A stretch of 56,219 nt of DNA, from the NCBI GenBank assembly GCA_964574405.1, contig CAZNNN010000002.1:1-56219 (forward strand), written 5' to 3'. Source of the DNA: an uncultured Candidatus Saccharibacteria bacterium (lineage in GTDB: Bacteria; Patescibacteriota; WWE3; UBA101185; UBA10185). The notes beneath the pieces were generated by a model. That model worked only from the letters and a program-made list of their open reading frames with translations. It ran no database searches and was not told where the DNA came from. The translations under genes and the position numbers were made by a program. Positions 6,635-16,059 of the stretch are shown here, piece by piece; within the stretch, counting starts at the first letter, position 1, and each line of letters opens with the position of its first letter.

Positions 6635-9600
6635 CTACCTTAAACTCTGATCGGTTTTTATTTTTTGCGCTTCTTCCTGTTTTTGAAGATCTTTCCTAAA
6701 TCTCTTGAGGGAAAGCGTACAAAACGCTGGTTTCTCAACATCGGCAGGGATTATGCCGTACATCTTCTGCCCCTCTTTAAACTGATTAAATTCCACCGCG
6801 GTTTGTGACACTGGGTAAGATTGCCCATCCAAGGTTTTTAGCCCCCACAACCCGGTTGCATCCTTAACCAACACGCCTTCAATGTCTTTTCTAGGCACTT
6901 TTACCGCTTGTCTAAACCTATCGCTCTCCCCTTCTTTGTACATTTCCAAGGTGTCGCCATAAACAATTTCACTCTTGGCAGCATAGTTTGGTTGGACTAG
7001 ATACTTTTTACCATTTTGGGCAATCAGGTGTGTGCCATCAAAAATTCCCGTGGCAGTAACCATTATGTCGATGTTATTAACTAGAGCAGGTTTAGCTATA
7101 TCGTAGGACAGAACAACCCCAGCCTTATCCGGAAAACCCACCGCGGTGGGGAAAATCTTCGGCGTAGTTGGCAAGGTAACAGCAGGCTTTGCCACAATGG
7201 GGGGCTGCTTCGTAGCAACGGGATAATTTGTCCCACCTTTAACTTCGTACGAGATCGCCATCCCCTTGTCAAAATTGGTGTCCACCCATTTTCTAACCTT
7301 GTCCTCCACCGCCTGCCTGTCCACTCCATATTTTTGCCTACTCAACTCCAAAACCCACTGCTTATTCTCACTTTTTGGCACAATACACTCCTCCTCCACC
7401 CAGGGTCGTAAAATTTTGGCAGAAAAAGGCAAGGAGGTCATACCGTCTATCATAAGTTTCATATACACATGAAAGCGCTCCAAAGAAATAATGTCCGTGT
7501 CTGTAAAATTGGGGGCAAACTCCCCCGCCAAAGCTTTGGCATCGGGCGTACCCAAAGAAAATGCCGCAATTGTACCCACATTGCCAAGTACCGCCTTAAG
7601 AAGCTCCTCCGGCAACTGCGCGGTGTACTGGTGGGTTAAATACAATCCAAGTCCGTATTTGCGCGACTCAGAAAGAATAGATTCAAAGCTACCCGTGGCA
7701 AAATTTTGAAACTCGTCTACATACAGGTAAAAGGGTCTGCGCTCGGCAGAAGGTATCTTGGCGCGTTGTAGGGCAAAAAATTGGATGCGGGAAACCAAAA
7801 GCGCGCCCAACAAATCCGCGTTATCTTCACCAATCTTACCTTTGGAAAGATTCATCAACAAAATTTTGCCATTATTCATGGCATCTTCAATGTCAATAGT
7901 GGATTTTCTTTGCCCTAAAATGTTTCTAATGGTGGACGACGCTAAGAAGCGATTCACCTTGTTTTGAATGGGTGCCACGGCTTCAGAAATAAGCCTGGGG
8001 TTATTCTTCATATTCTTAAACTCCGTGTCCCAAAACTTTAAAACCACCGGATCTTTAACATGGTGTAAAATAAAGTTTCGGTAATTATCGTCCTCCATAA
8101 GTCGGGTAATCCCAAGCATGGTTGTACCTTGAACCTCCAACAGGGTTAAAATGGCGTAATTTAGCAAGTACTCCAATCGCGGACCCCAAGAATAGTCAAA
8201 ATGGTGCTTAATAGCAGAAACCAGCGCGGAAGCCATGAGGTTTTTTTGAGAAAGATCGCTCATTTCCAGCAAATTTAGCGCCACAGGCATTTCCGTATCG
8301 GAAGGATCAAAATAAATTACATCGTCCACCCTATTTTTTGGAATGCGATCCAAAACCTTATCAATAGTTTCCCCGTGCGGGTCTAAAACGCCTACTCCTG
8401 CCCCGTTTGCAATGTCTTGGGAAATCATGGATTCAAAAATGGTGGACTTGCCAGTGCCAGATTTTCCAATCACATACATGTGGCGCAACCTGTCGTCGCC
8501 GTTGCTCAAACCAAAGCGCACCTTTTGATCCCTAAAAACCGTGTCCGCAATATATACACAATCCTTGGTGGGCAAACCTGCCGGAGGTTCAGATTTTCTG
8601 GAGTACGACCAGCCAATATTAGGCGTTTCCACGGTTTGAGATGGCAGATGATACAAAGATCCCAGCTCCTCCACATTTAAAATGTAAGATTTTGACTGGT
8701 CAAAAACCCTGTCCATAAAATCCGTGTAGGCATGCTCCCCAGTTAAAGTTTCACCCACTATCAAACTATTTAGATTGGTAGTAGAAAATTGGCTAAGCGA
8801 TGCTACTGCAGAACGCATGTTTTGCCTTACGCGTTCAGGGGTTTTAGCACTCACCAAAAATCGCATTTGAGAAACAAAACCCATTTTAGCCATTTTATTT
8901 TCTATGGAATTAACCTCCATTTCCTGCACAATGGTTAATTTTGGCGCAGAAGCAGAAGTTCTTGTATCTCTAACACCCTCGTTACTAGATGCCCCACCAA
9001 AAATCATGGCGGAATTAGTGAGAATTTTTACTAGAATGTTCCAAAATTCCGTTAAAACTAACACCACAAGATTTTGCGCTCCCGTCATCTCTTTGGGACT
9101 TTTGCCGGTTTTCATGGTACTCACATAATCATTGCCCTCTTTTTGCCACACATCCCCAATAGGTTGCACTAAAATCTGAAAGCTTACGGATTCCCCTTCT
9201 TGCAGTTGGGACATGGCCGAGGTGGCAGAAGACATGGTGTCAATTTCTAGGTCGTTATAGGTTTTTAGAGGGAAAATGTAGTGTTTAATTTCCGCAAGTT
9301 TGACCATTTCCCAATATTTTTCGTTGTCAAAGTCGCCAAAATTGGTATCTACATTAATAAGTTGAGCTCCAGGGTAATTGGCATATATTTGACCTTCCAA
9401 ATAGCCAGCCGACTTTTGAGAACACAACGCGTAAAATTTAATGCCTACGCCTGGTTTAGAAATAATTTCCAAGCTAAAAAACTCGCCATCTTCTATTTTT
9501 GACTTTAATAACCCATGAAGAGAGGCAAAAAAGCTTTCCATGGCCATAGCGGAGGATTTATAGGTGGCCTCTTCGTCGTTAATTTTAGGCACTTTTATTT

Positions 9601-9721
9601 CAAAAATGGCTCTATCTTTAGTAAAGGTTAAGGTTTTGTACGACTTTTTAAAGCGTACCGCCACAAACCTTCCTGCTACCACTAGTCCCACTACCATTAA
9701 AATTACATATATAAAATTCAT
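6635..9721 (-). CDS. Membrane-anchored VirD4/TraD/TraG-like (FtsK-HerA superfamily) P-loop ATPase with an uncharacterised C-terminal extension
   Basis: 1028 aa with an N-terminal TM helix. Walker A is VIGKSGTGKST and Walker B is FYLYVDEFQNF. The roughly 230-aa C-terminal region has no recognisable motif. Confidence 0.75.
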   Translation of the reverse strand: MNFIYVILMVVGLVVAGRFVAVRFKKSYKTLTFTKDRAIFEIKVPKINDEEATYKSSAMAMESFFASLHGLLKSKIEDGEFFSLEIISKPGVGIKFYALCSQKSAGYLEGQIYANYPGAQLINVDTNFGDFDNEKYWEMVKLAEIKHYIFPLKTYNDLEIDTMSSATSAMSQLQEGESVSFQILVQPIGDVWQKEGNDYVSTMKTGKSPKEMTGAQNLVVLVLTEFWNILVKILTNSAMIFGGASSNEGVRDTRTSASAPKLTIVQEMEVNSIENKMAKMGFVSQMRFLVSAKTPERVRQNMRSAVASLSQFSTTNLNSLIVGETLTGEHAYTDFMDRVFDQSKSYILNVEELGSLYHLPSQTVETPNIGWSYSRKSEPPAGLPTKDCVYIADTVFRDQKVRFGLSNGDDRLRHMYVIGKSGTGKSTIFESMISQDIANGAGVGVLDPHGETIDKVLDRIPKNRVDDVIYFDPSDTEMPVALNLLEMSDLSQKNLMASALVSAIKHHFDYSWGPRLEYLLNYAILTLLEVQGTTMLGITRLMEDDNYRNFILHHVKDPVVLKFWDTEFKNMKNNPRLISEAVAPIQNKVNRFLASSTIRNILGQRKSTIDIEDAMNNGKILLMNLSKGKIGEDNADLLGALLVSRIQFFALQRAKIPSAERRPFYLYVDEFQNFATGSFESILSESRKYGLGLYLTHQYTAQLPEELLKAVLGNVGTIAAFSLGTPDAKALAGEFAPNFTDTDIISLERFHVYMKLMIDGMTSLPFSAKILRPWVEEECIVPKSENKQWVLELSRQKYGVDRQAVEDKVRKWVDTNFDKGMAISYEVKGGTNYPVATKQPPIVAKPAVTLPTTPKIFPTAVGFPDKAGVVLSYDIAKPALVNNIDIMVTATGIFDGTHLIAQNGKKYLVQPNYAAKSEIVYGDTLEMYKEGESDRFRQAVKVPRKDIEGVLVKDATGLWGLKTLDGQSYPVSQTAVEFNQFKEGQKMYGIIPADVEKPAFCTLSLKRFRKDLQKQEEAQKIKTDQSLR

Positions 9722-9851
9722 TAAACTCCCACCGCAGAAAGCAAGCCATGCCTTGCCGGCTGGCAGGGGTTAGAAAGAAGAGACTAACCACAGTATGCTC
9801 ACATTTACGCGCGCTTTGCAAGTGCAAATGGAACACAACCCCAAGTTGTGG

Positions 9852-10859
9852 TCATAAACGCTCTTGAATGTCAAACCCTAAAATTATGGTTAAATCCCCT
9901 CTTTCCACGGTGTCCTCGCCCGTGGAACTTGCTTGTCTTTTATCCATAATTTTTAGCTCCGGAAAATAATCCAAAAGATATTTAGCGGTAGCAGTGGTGG
10001 CATCATCAGTAATTAAATAGCTGTTTTGGTAGTTATTTTCTGCGTTGGCTACAAGGGCTACGCGCATCCCCATATTTTGGAACGCATCAGAAACCCCTTT
10101 TGCTATATTACTTACCCCCGTACCATTTAAAATAACCACCCCCAGGCTTTCCTTTGCCACCTCACCACTAAGTGTAATATCGCTAATTTTAAGATTTAGA
10201 TCCGCAAAATCCGCCATATTTACTATTTCGATGTTATTAGACTTTAAACCTCTAGTAAAAAGCGCTAATTGGTAAATTTCTCTAGCTAACAAGTCTGTTT
10301 CTATGTCTTGGGATAGCTTTTTATATTGCCATGGAAGCAAAAAGCCCAGATCTTTATCAAAAAGCGATTTTTGTACAGCATTAAAGGAATCACCATAAGA
10401 AATAAGGTATCTATCTATTTTAATGCTTACCAGTTTAGTAACGGATTCTAAAAGAAGCGCAGTTTTAGTGTTTCCGTAGTTAAGTGACTGCCCAATTTCC
10501 AAAGTTTTTCCAATTTCTTCCTCACCCAGTCTTCCCGGTAAATCTATTTTTGTTAAAGGGGAGATAGTTAGTGAGTAAAGTTTAGTATCATTCCTCTGCG
10601 CAATTACTAAATTAAGCGCTTTTATGGCATCCTTTTGATCTTTTTCCACCAGTAAAAGCGAGTAAATATCTTTGTCAAAGGCGTTAACCGACTTGGAGCT
10701 AAAGGCAGAAACAGCGGGAGCAATTAGGGTCTTGATACCAAAAAAACCTGCCAGCAAAACCAGAGAAATACCCACCAGTAATACAGACTTAACCTTTTTG
10801 TTTCGTCTTTTTACATACAATGAGCGCTTTTTTCTCTTTTGGGCAGTACCAGTACGCAC
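9852..10859 (-). CDS. Membrane-anchored LytR_C-domain (LCP-associated) protein
   Basis: 335 aa. Basic N-terminus plus a TM helix. The C-terminal GVVILNGTGVSNIAKGVSDAFQNMGMRVALVANAEN is typical of the LytR C-terminal domain. Confidence 0.65.
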   Translation of the reverse strand: MRTGTAQKRKKRSLYVKRRNKKVKSVLLVGISLVLLAGFFGIKTLIAPAVSAFSSKSVNAFDKDIYSLLLVEKDQKDAIKALNLVIAQRNDTKLYSLTISPLTKIDLPGRLGEEEIGKTLEIGQSLNYGNTKTALLLESVTKLVSIKIDRYLISYGDSFNAVQKSLFDKDLGFLLPWQYKKLSQDIETDLLAREIYQLALFTRGLKSNNIEIVNMADFADLNLKISDITLSGEVAKESLGVVILNGTGVSNIAKGVSDAFQNMGMRVALVANAENNYQNSYLITDDATTATAKYLLDYFPELKIMDKRQASSTGEDTVERGDLTIILGFDIQERL

Positions 10860-10876
10860 ATATAACTTCTATCACA

Positions 10877-11584
10877 CTATCTTATTTTTGTGAATACCCC
10901 CTCTAGGGAACAGTTGGATTCAAAAACGCGCTCCTTGCCGTCCCAATCAACAAAAGTTACTCTTTTAGCATGAAGCATCATCCGGGTAAATAAACCCTCC
11001 GATAATTTTAATTGCGCTTTGGTGGCGTATTTTATATCGTTTACCACTGGATGTCCCAACGCCCGCAAATGAACTCTAATCTGATGCGTGCGACCGGTTT
11101 TGGGAAAAGCTGTAAGGTAAGAGTAATCAAAGTTATTTAGCGTTAGCCTTGATATAACAACAAATTCCGTAACAGACTCCCTACCGCCTGGATCAACGGT
11201 ATATACAAGTCCGTTATTTTTATCTCTTTTAATAGGGGCAGAAATCTCAAATCTATCTTCGGCAATACTCCCATACACCAATGCTTGGTATTCTTTGTTG
11301 ATTCTTCTAAATTTAAATAGACCTTTTAAATAGTCAAAGGTTTCTTTCTTTTTAGCAATTAACAAAACTCCGGAAGTTTCTTTATCTAGTCTATGGACAA
11401 TACCATATCTTTGTTCAAACTCATCCTCCGCCCGGTTCTTCTCATGTTGTAAATTGTACTTATATTTTACCCAATCTTTAATGGTGTAGGTTTCCCCCGC
11501 GTTTTCGTTCACTACACTTATACCCACGGGCTTATCAATTACAAGCAGGTAGTCGTCTTCATACAATACCTCGATATTCGTCAT
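10877..11584 (-). CDS. RluA-family pseudouridine synthase
   Basis: HRLDKETSGVLLIAK catalytic Asp motif and GRTHQIRVH. Confidence 0.9.
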   Translation of the reverse strand: MTNIEVLYEDDYLLVIDKPVGISVVNENAGETYTIKDWVKYKYNLQHEKNRAEDEFEQRYGIVHRLDKETSGVLLIAKKKETFDYLKGLFKFRRINKEYQALVYGSIAEDRFEISAPIKRDKNNGLVYTVDPGGRESVTEFVVISRLTLNNFDYSYLTAFPKTGRTHQIRVHLRALGHPVVNDIKYATKAQLKLSEGLFTRMMLHAKRVTFVDWDGKERVFESNCSLEGVFTKIR

Positions 11585-11955
11585 GAATATTTCTGCAAAA
11601 CGGTTTCTACCTCACTAACAATCTTATCGGGAGTTATTTCGGATTTTACTAAAAATCCATCTGCCCCAAGGTCAAAAATTTCATTTATTACGGATTCCAC
11701 ATTAAGGTTTGTGAGCGCAATAACAGGTTTGTCTCTTAGTCGCTCGTTAGCTTTAATCATTTTTAATACCTGAATACCGTCTTGTCCAGGTAGCATAATA
11801 TCCAAAAGCATCAAGTCCCAATCTTCAACCAAAGCCTTTTGTAAAGCCACATTACCGTCCTCCGCAGAAATAACCGTATAACCCATATCGGTTAGGTATA
11901 GCGCGTAAAGTTCTCTAATTTCTTTTTCATCCTCCACTAGTAGTATCTTTTTCAT
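11581..11955 (-). CDS. Stand-alone response-regulator receiver domain (CheY-like)
   Basis: 124 aa. MKKILLVEDE..., DLMLLDIMLPGQDG, and K in LTNLN...GADGFLVK. Confidence 0.85.
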   Translation of the reverse strand: MKKILLVEDEKEIRELYALYLTDMGYTVISAEDGNVALQKALVEDWDLMLLDIMLPGQDGIQVLKMIKANERLRDKPVIALTNLNVESVINEIFDLGADGFLVKSEITPDKIVSEVETVLQKYS

Positions 11956-12329
11956 TTTTTTTGTTTGTTAGCACACTCAAAACATGTAGTAGCCTGTGGC
12001 AAGGCTTTAAGTCTTGCTAAATCAATGGGCTTTTTGCAAATTTCGCATATTCCGTAAGTACCTATCCTTACCTTTGCTAGGGCTTTTCTAATTTCTAACC
12101 GTGCAATTTTAATTAAATCTAGTCTTGCCTCTTGAATAGTTTTTGCCACATCCCCCGCCGTGTTATCGGCGCCTTCCGGGGTATCAGACCTCTCGTCGGT
12201 CATTGATGGATCTGCCTGCTTAACCATTTCTTCTTCCTTTCTAAGCTCTTTACTACGCTTCCAAAGTCGTAAAACAAGATCTCTAAAGAGTGCGGAGGGA
12301 ACTGCTATTGATTTTATTAAACTTGCCAT
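11952..12329 (-). CDS. DksA/TraR-family C4 zinc-finger protein
   Basis: GTYGICEICKKPIDLARLKALPQATTCFECANK. The start may instead be the internal MVKQ (12227). Confidence 0.8.
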   Translation of the reverse strand: MASLIKSIAVPSALFRDLVLRLWKRSKELRKEEEMVKQADPSMTDERSDTPEGADNTAGDVAKTIQEARLDLIKIARLEIRKALAKVRIGTYGICEICKKPIDLARLKALPQATTCFECANKQKK

Positions 12330-12921
12330 AAATGCTCCTTAACCTAAAAATTAATATTACCAAGGCAAGTGTAAACAAAAGTCCAACAAATATCAAGTTT
12401 AGGTTTTTGGGTAGCAGTAGCAGCGCTACTACGCAGAAGATGCCAGTGATAAAGCTAAACTCCATGCCAGATTTTATAAAATTGGGGCGATATTTTTGCA
12501 GGGCGTAATTAGCTACAAACAAGGCTATGGAGGCCATGGCGTAGCTAATTTTAAATTGACTTTGAAAAAACATGGTTAGAAGCCAAAAAGCGGTGGCTAA
12601 AACAAAAGAGGTGGCCAAATTATCTAAAACCCGGTACAGTGACCATTTGTATTTAAGCGTTACCAGGGCGGAAACGCCCACAAACCCAAAAACTGTAGCG
12701 TACGGGTTAAAAGTTTGAATGTTGGGGGTGAATTGTCCGCGGGTTATAGCTTCGAGTATGTACCCAAACGCTAGTGCCCCCACAAGCCCGTATAAAACTA
12801 AATCAAAAACTTTTTCTTGATCAAAGCCATCTTTTTTAGAAGTCACCCAAAAGCCATACAGCCCCACTAAAATGGGTATGGCAAGGTATAAAACCGCTAA
12901 AATTGTGTTTAATACTGTCAT
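12283..12921 (-). CDS. Polytopic membrane protein (weakly Lgt-like N-terminus), function unknown
   Basis: 212 aa with 6-7 hydrophobic spans. Its start overlaps the efp stop (TAATG). Confidence 0.5.
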   Translation of the reverse strand: MTVLNTILAVLYLAIPILVGLYGFWVTSKKDGFDQEKVFDLVLYGLVGALAFGYILEAITRGQFTPNIQTFNPYATVFGFVGVSALVTLKYKWSLYRVLDNLATSFVLATAFWLLTMFFQSQFKISYAMASIALFVANYALQKYRPNFIKSGMEFSFITGIFCVVALLLLPKNLNLIFVGLLFTLALVILIFRLRSIYGKFNKINSSSLRTL

Positions 12922-13475
12922 TACGCTTTAGACAAATACTCCCCTGTTCTCGTATCAAGCTTTATTTTGTCACCAATTTTAATAAACATGGGAACCCTCG
13001 CGGGAAAACCATTTTCCAGTTGGGCATCTTTGTAAACATTAGAAACGGTGTTGCCCTTAAAACCGGGCTCGGTGTAGGCTACTTCAAATACCAAGGAGTT
13101 TGGTAATTCCACGGAAATTGGTTTGTCTTCAAAGTAAACCACTTGTACGGTGTCGCCTTCCTTTAAATACTTGCTTTGATCGCCTAAAGTGTCTTCATTT
13201 ACACAAAATTGGTCAAACGACACGGGATCCATAAAGTTAAATCCACTTATGTCTTTATATAAGTACTGGGCGTTTTTTCTGGAAACATCCGTCTCCACTA
13301 CCGTATCCCCCGCTTTGTAACCCTTCTCTATGACTGAACATGTGAGCAAGTTTTTAGCCAGCACCTTTACCGCCGCTCCGCCTCTGGCCGATTTTACATG
13401 CTCGTACCGCACCACCAAAAACGGCGCGTTGTTTTCTTTAAATACCTTTCCTGTTTTTAAGTCTGAAGCTATCAC
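12921..13475 (-). CDS. efp: Elongation factor P
   Basis: MIASDLKTGKVFKENNAPFLVVRYEHVKSARGGAAVKV... is the canonical EF-P N-terminus, including the KxxRG loop. Confidence 0.95.
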   Translation of the reverse strand: MIASDLKTGKVFKENNAPFLVVRYEHVKSARGGAAVKVLAKNLLTCSVIEKGYKAGDTVVETDVSRKNAQYLYKDISGFNFMDPVSFDQFCVNEDTLGDQSKYLKEGDTVQVVYFEDKPISVELPNSLVFEVAYTEPGFKGNTVSNVYKDAQLENGFPARVPMFIKIGDKIKLDTRTGEYLSKA

Positions 13476-13537
13476 AAAGGATATTATACATTTGGCGACT
13501 CTTTAAAGGCAAATTCGTGTTAGAATAGCAACATATT

Positions 13538-14674
13538 ATGCCAATCACTAAAGGTATAGCACAGATTGAGGGCGGATCGTCAGAGGTTTTTTTAAATGAA
13601 GCCTGCCACATCGGTCGAGTTGATATAGAGGAAATGGAGAGGTTTGAATTATTGGTACAAGAATCGATGAATGTCGACGAAGGTATGCATATTAGAACAG
13701 TCGACAAAAGTCAGGCAGTTGTACCTTACGGGATTATTAACAACGAAACTGGAGGTGTTGTTGGAAGATTAGATCTTTACGACCCGCGCAGAGTAGCCGA
13801 TTACTACGCCAATGAGATACCTGTTTGGCAAGTAGATGCGCGGTCTTACACTTGGACAGGGGTAAGCTTTAAACGAACATTCATGCAGGAACGGAGTAGT
13901 GTAATCGGCGTGAGTGAGTATCTGCAATTGCTGGAGTCTAACCCGTGGGCTACCAATCCTTATGTTGCCAATGTTCTCGTGCTTCCACAATTTCGACCCC
14001 CATATAAAAACGGCTATGGTACTGCCCTAACTTGTCAATCGATACTACAACACCAAAGAAACTTTGATTTACCTGTTGACACCGTCTTCTGGGGCTTAAC
14101 CGATAATCCACATATGTTACAGGTTGCTAGAAGAATGGGCGGAAAATTATTGGCGGGATACAAAAAAGCTGGCAACGGCAAGAGTGTGTTAAAACCAACC
14201 TTTAAACATATCCACCTTTCACTGCTACAAACACTGCCAGAAAGTAAGGTTTATGGAGACAAAAAAGTTGAAATTTTTTTCTGTGGGGATCAGGGAACGC
14301 AATTGGTGTTTATCGACGACAAACTCGTAGCAATAAAGATGTTAGAAACAATAGATGCCACGCCTTATCTAAGCAGAGGTCTGGCTCCCGCCCAATCTTT
14401 GCTGGTGATAAATCCGGAACTGAGTTCACCGACTTTTAGTACCCTAACTTATTTTTTATACGATCTACAAGAAACTCCAGAAAGTGCGCTGTGGGAAAAC
14501 GCGTTTCAAATGCCCAAAGAAGCATGGACAAAAGCTCTACCTTTAGATGGAGTTGACATCGCGAATATAACTAAAACACCTCATAAATCGAGACAGGCAG
14601 AAAACAATCCGCTTGAATTAAAACAGGGTGCCTTGTTTTTAATAAAACCTAATCAAGTCCCGTCAGAATCATAG
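13538..14674 (+). CDS. Hypothetical protein with a possible GNAT-like acyltransferase core
   Basis: 378 aa. VLVLPQFRPPYKNGYGTALTCQSIL...MLQVARRMGGKLL resembles GNAT motif A. A TGtTAGAAT extended -10 lies at 13517-13525. Confidence 0.45.
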   Translation: MPITKGIAQIEGGSSEVFLNEACHIGRVDIEEMERFELLVQESMNVDEGMHIRTVDKSQAVVPYGIINNETGGVVGRLDLYDPRRVADYYANEIPVWQVDARSYTWTGVSFKRTFMQERSSVIGVSEYLQLLESNPWATNPYVANVLVLPQFRPPYKNGYGTALTCQSILQHQRNFDLPVDTVFWGLTDNPHMLQVARRMGGKLLAGYKKAGNGKSVLKPTFKHIHLSLLQTLPESKVYGDKKVEIFFCGDQGTQLVFIDDKLVAIKMLETIDATPYLSRGLAPAQSLLVINPELSSPTFSTLTYFLYDLQETPESALWENAFQMPKEAWTKALPLDGVDIANITKTPHKSRQAENNPLELKQGALFLIKPNQVPSES

Positions 14675-14747
14675 TCAAGATAATATTAACCAGTACTGTA
14701 ACCTGCTCGCAACTCTAATCCTGGAGCTAAAAGATAAGGGGCTCAAA

Positions 14748-14933
14748 ATGGCTAAGCCTACGATTCCAGCCGAAGTCCTCACAAAAGGGCTGACGAGTAA
14801 AAATCCTGAAGCTCGGCACCTCGCGAGAAATATCGCCGGCGGGGTAGCCCAAGGCAGGGTCGGGGTAACAGGGTGTCTCCTCCCCCTGTCGCTACTGGTG
14901 TTACCGCTCATCTTGCTAGTAATAATTCGGTAA
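14748..14933 (+). CDS. Small tail-anchored protein (61 aa), hypothetical
   Basis: AAGGGG lies about 7 nt upstream of the ATG. The C-terminal hydrophobic segment is CLLPLSLLVLPLILLVIIR. A strong terminator follows. Confidence 0.45.
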   Translation: MAKPTIPAEVLTKGLTSKNPEARHLARNIAGGVAQGRVGVTGCLLPLSLLVLPLILLVIIR

Positions 14934-14942
14934 CACCGTCGT

Positions 14943-14994
14943 CTCGCTGTCTGTGATTTGCATCACTTTTAACAGACAGCGAGCCTTTCTTTTT
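14943..14994 (+). terminator. Rho-independent terminator
   Basis: 12-bp perfect stem CTCGCTGTCTGT/ACAGACAGCGAG followed by CCTTTCTTTTT. Confidence 0.7.
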
Positions 14995-15018
14995 GACAGA
15001 TAGTAAAATAGCCCTATA

Positions 15019-16059
15019 ATGGTAGCTATATCAAAAACCTCTATTACCACATGGGAATATCGCAGGGACTACCAAACAACACTGGTGGTGGGTACTTGTT
15101 ACCTTATTGCAAATGGGTTTTTTAGAAATAACGGGTTTTATCCTGTACCTGCAAACAGAAGCTACAGAGAGTTTAATACGGTTTTACTACCGAAGGTGGA
15201 CTACAACAAGATCCACAGATTCTGGAATCGAGCTGAAAAGATACATTGGGATTTCTTACCTACAATAGTGGATAAGGATCTTTATACCAAAGTAGACAGT
15301 CTTATCTCAAAAGATTTAATTCCCCCAGAGTATCAAGGTACGGCAAAAATCTGGGAAAAAGCAGAAAATGAGGTTGTTGCCGAAATTACTAAAATTCTTC
15401 ATCTAAATACAAACCAGATAAGTAAGATTTACGTACACCCTACCCGCTTTGGTTTAAACTCAACCTTTGAAATCACCCAAAGTCCTCAAAAAGTATTTAG
15501 AATACATCTAAGGGAGGACGCAGATATTCACCAAATTGCCTTTGCCCTCGTTTCCGCCCTTACCAGAATGTTCGTCATTAAAAATCTCTCGGGCAGTTGG
15601 GAGGAATCTCAAATAATTGCGGATTGGGTCATCAGACAATCGTCTGTAGGAAGCGTACTTAAAAAGTATCAAGGATCCACAAATTTTGCGGGAACTATAA
15701 ACGCCATTAGATCCAAGGAAAACGGAAACATCGTCAAAATATCACAAGACTTCTGCTCAAAATGTGGCATCCCTTTTAAAGAGAGCAACTTTACCGCCAG
15801 TAACGGGGATATTTTCGTTAACAAGCAAAAACTAGAATTGCCTAATATGTCAAGAAAAATCCTAACTAGACTTGTTGAAAATAAGGGTGTTATTGTAACT
15901 CCAGACGACATTTCTATTGTTTTGGGAATGACCGAGGAAACTTTTAGTTTATACGCAGTGTCCAAGGCTATACAAAGAGTAAGGGACGAGTTAGAAAAAA
16001 ACAAACTTTCTGCTACATACATTCAAACCTTTAGAAGGGGTGGCTACATGCTAAGATGA
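15019..16059 (+). CDS. OmpR/PhoB-type winged-helix DNA-binding protein with a novel N-terminal domain of about 250 aa (no receiver domain)
   Basis: The C-terminus LPNMSRKILTRLVENKGVIVTPDDISIVLG...SKAIQRVRDELEKN...IQTFRRGGYMLR matches the Trans_reg_C pattern. Confidence 0.7.
   Translation: MVAISKTSITTWEYRRDYQTTLVVGTCYLIANGFFRNNGFYPVPANRSYREFNTVLLPKVDYNKIHRFWNRAEKIHWDFLPTIVDKDLYTKVDSLISKDLIPPEYQGTAKIWEKAENEVVAEITKILHLNTNQISKIYVHPTRFGLNSTFEITQSPQKVFRIHLREDADIHQIAFALVSALTRMFVIKNLSGSWEESQIIADWVIRQSSVGSVLKKYQGSTNFAGTINAIRSKENGNIVKISQDFCSKCGIPFKESNFTASNGDIFVNKQKLELPNMSRKILTRLVENKGVIVTPDDISIVLGMTEETFSLYAVSKAIQRVRDELEKNKLSATYIQTFRRGGYMLR

Noticed and set aside
14846-14859. AGCCCAAGGCAGGG, resembling the 4.5S/SRP RNA segment GCAGCCAAGGCAGA
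   Set aside because: The flanks lack the conserved SRP domain IV features (the GGAA/GNRA tetraloop helix and the symmetric-loop AGCA motif). The match is too short to be meaningful.
14675-14911. 78-aa minus-strand ORF in the GC-rich intergenic segment
   Set aside because: It has no RBS and no terminator on that strand. The plus-strand 61-aa ORF in the same place has both.
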